The notes beneath the pieces were generated by a model. The model did no database searches and was not told where the DNA came from. It saw only the letters and a list, made by a program, of their open reading frames with translations. 64,000 bases of DNA from Pirellulales bacterium (GTDB taxonomy: Bacteria > Planctomycetota > Planctomycetia > Pirellulales > PALSA-1355), in the NCBI GenBank assembly GCA_963733035.1, contig CAVTBU010000005.1:1696001-1760000 (forward strand), read 5' to 3'. Numbering within the stretch: the first letter of the stretch is position 1; every line of letters begins with the position of its first letter. This document shows, one piece after another, positions 63,096-64,000 of the stretch. A program made the translations under genes and the position numbers.

Positions 63096-64000
63096 CTATC
63101 GCAATTGATCGACCAGTTGCACGAAACGCCGTCCGCGATCCTCGAAATCGCGGAATTGGTCGAAACTGGCGCAGGCCGGCGAGAGCAGGACGGACTCGCC
63201 GGGAGCCGAGTTTTCATAGCACCAAGCAAGTGCCTCTTCCATCGTTTCGCCTGCATGCAGTGGATGATTCCGATCGCACGCAGCGATGCTCGCCTGCAAT
63301 CGATTTCGAGCTTGCCCAAATACGGCAATCCCGCGCGTTCGCTTCGCGGCGGTGGCCGCGAGTTTGTCAAAACACGTTCCTTTTGCGGCGCCGCCCGCCA
63401 GCAGCCAAACCGGGCCTTCGACAGCTGCCAACGCTGCGATCGTGGCACCAGGTGAAGTCGCCTTGGAATCGTTGTAAAACGTTCGCCCGCGCACCTGGCA
63501 GACGCACTCGATTCGATACGGCAGCCCACGATATTCCGCAAGCCTCTGCCTGATCACACCCGGTGAGATTCCGGCCGCTTCCGCCGCGGCAGCCGCGCAG
63601 GCGGCATTCTGTCGATTGTGTTCGCCCGGAACGAGCAGCCTGGGAATCCGGTCCAGATCCCACCCGCTCCTCGCGACTCTTTTGCAATCTCGCTGCCACG
63701 AAGTGACGACCGGGTCATGTAAGTTGCATATAACCGAACTGCAATCCAGCAGCCGTCGCTTGGCGGCGGCATACTCGGCCTGCGTCCCGTGCCAGTCGAG
63801 ATGATTGGGCGTGCAATTGGTAAGCACGGCGATTTCCGGTAGCCGGGCGACGGCTGTCAGATGGGCCAATTGGAAGCTGCTCAGTTCGAGCACGACCCAG
63901 TCCTCCGCGGTCATCCGGTCCAGTTCGCCCAGCAGGCTGCCACCGATATTGCCGCCCAGCCAGGTGCGGTGGCCGCCAGCCCGCAACATTTCGGCGAGCA
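63096..64000 (-). CDS. murD: UDP-N-acetylmuramoyl-L-alanine--D-glutamate ligase (5' end outside window)
   Basis: GGNIG, LELSSFQL, NHLDWH, YNDSKAT, LLSPACASFDQFRDFEDRG. Confidence 0.95.
   Translation of the reverse strand, partial: LAEMLRAGGHRTWLGGNIGGSLLGELDRMTAEDWVVLELSSFQLAHLTAVARLPEIAVLTNCTPNHLDWHGTQAEYAAAKRRLLDCSSVICNLHDPVVTSWQRDCKRVARSGWDLDRIPRLLVPGEHNRQNAACAAAAAEAAGISPGVIRQRLAEYRGLPYRIECVCQVRGRTFYNDSKATSPGATIAALAAVEGPVWLLAGGAAKGTCFDKLAATAAKRTRGIAVFGQARNRLQASIAACDRNHPLHAGETMEEALAWCYENSAPGESVLLSPACASFDQFRDFEDRGRRFVQLVDQLR

Noticed and set aside
63096..64000. murD in a planctomycete-like genome as a surprise
   Set aside because: Peptidoglycan synthesis in Planctomycetota is established

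Overview
GC-rich bacterial chromosomal segment. The gene content points to a planctomycete (Pirellulales-like): ECF sigma/anti-sigma pairs, an SHD1 protein, a redoxin-cytochrome c-monooxygenase fusion, a sulfatase and STN-like secreted proteins. That taxonomic call is inference. Most of the window is housekeeping: bioF, tRNA-Gly, tig-clpP-clpP, metG, glnE, miaB, fmt, ribBA, korAB, mtnA, ligA, murD and a PhoB/PhoR-like pair. No integrase, transposase, prophage or CRISPR array is visible. The best candidate for an undescribed system is at 58079-59002 (minus strand): an apparently leaderless Cys-containing ORF ending in PPLQILHCQWRL, then a long RNA hairpin, then a secreted protein with 12 regularly spaced Cys-Cys pairs. 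This looks like a metal-sensing leader controlling an exported metallothionein-like protein. Other notable features: (1) a 1884-bp-period tandem duplication with an essentially identical core but diverged ends and conserved non-coding blocks; (2) a ~500-nt korAB leader with a 13-bp perfect inverted repeat; (3) a readable BlaI-type double operator ahead of an M56 peptidase carrying TolC-like helices; (4) a small acidic peptide next to an HTH/Zn-finger gene; (5) eight frameshifts in seven genes, several repaired by restoring one GC dinucleotide, most likely a systematic sequencing artefact. Product calls are motif recognition by eye, not database results.
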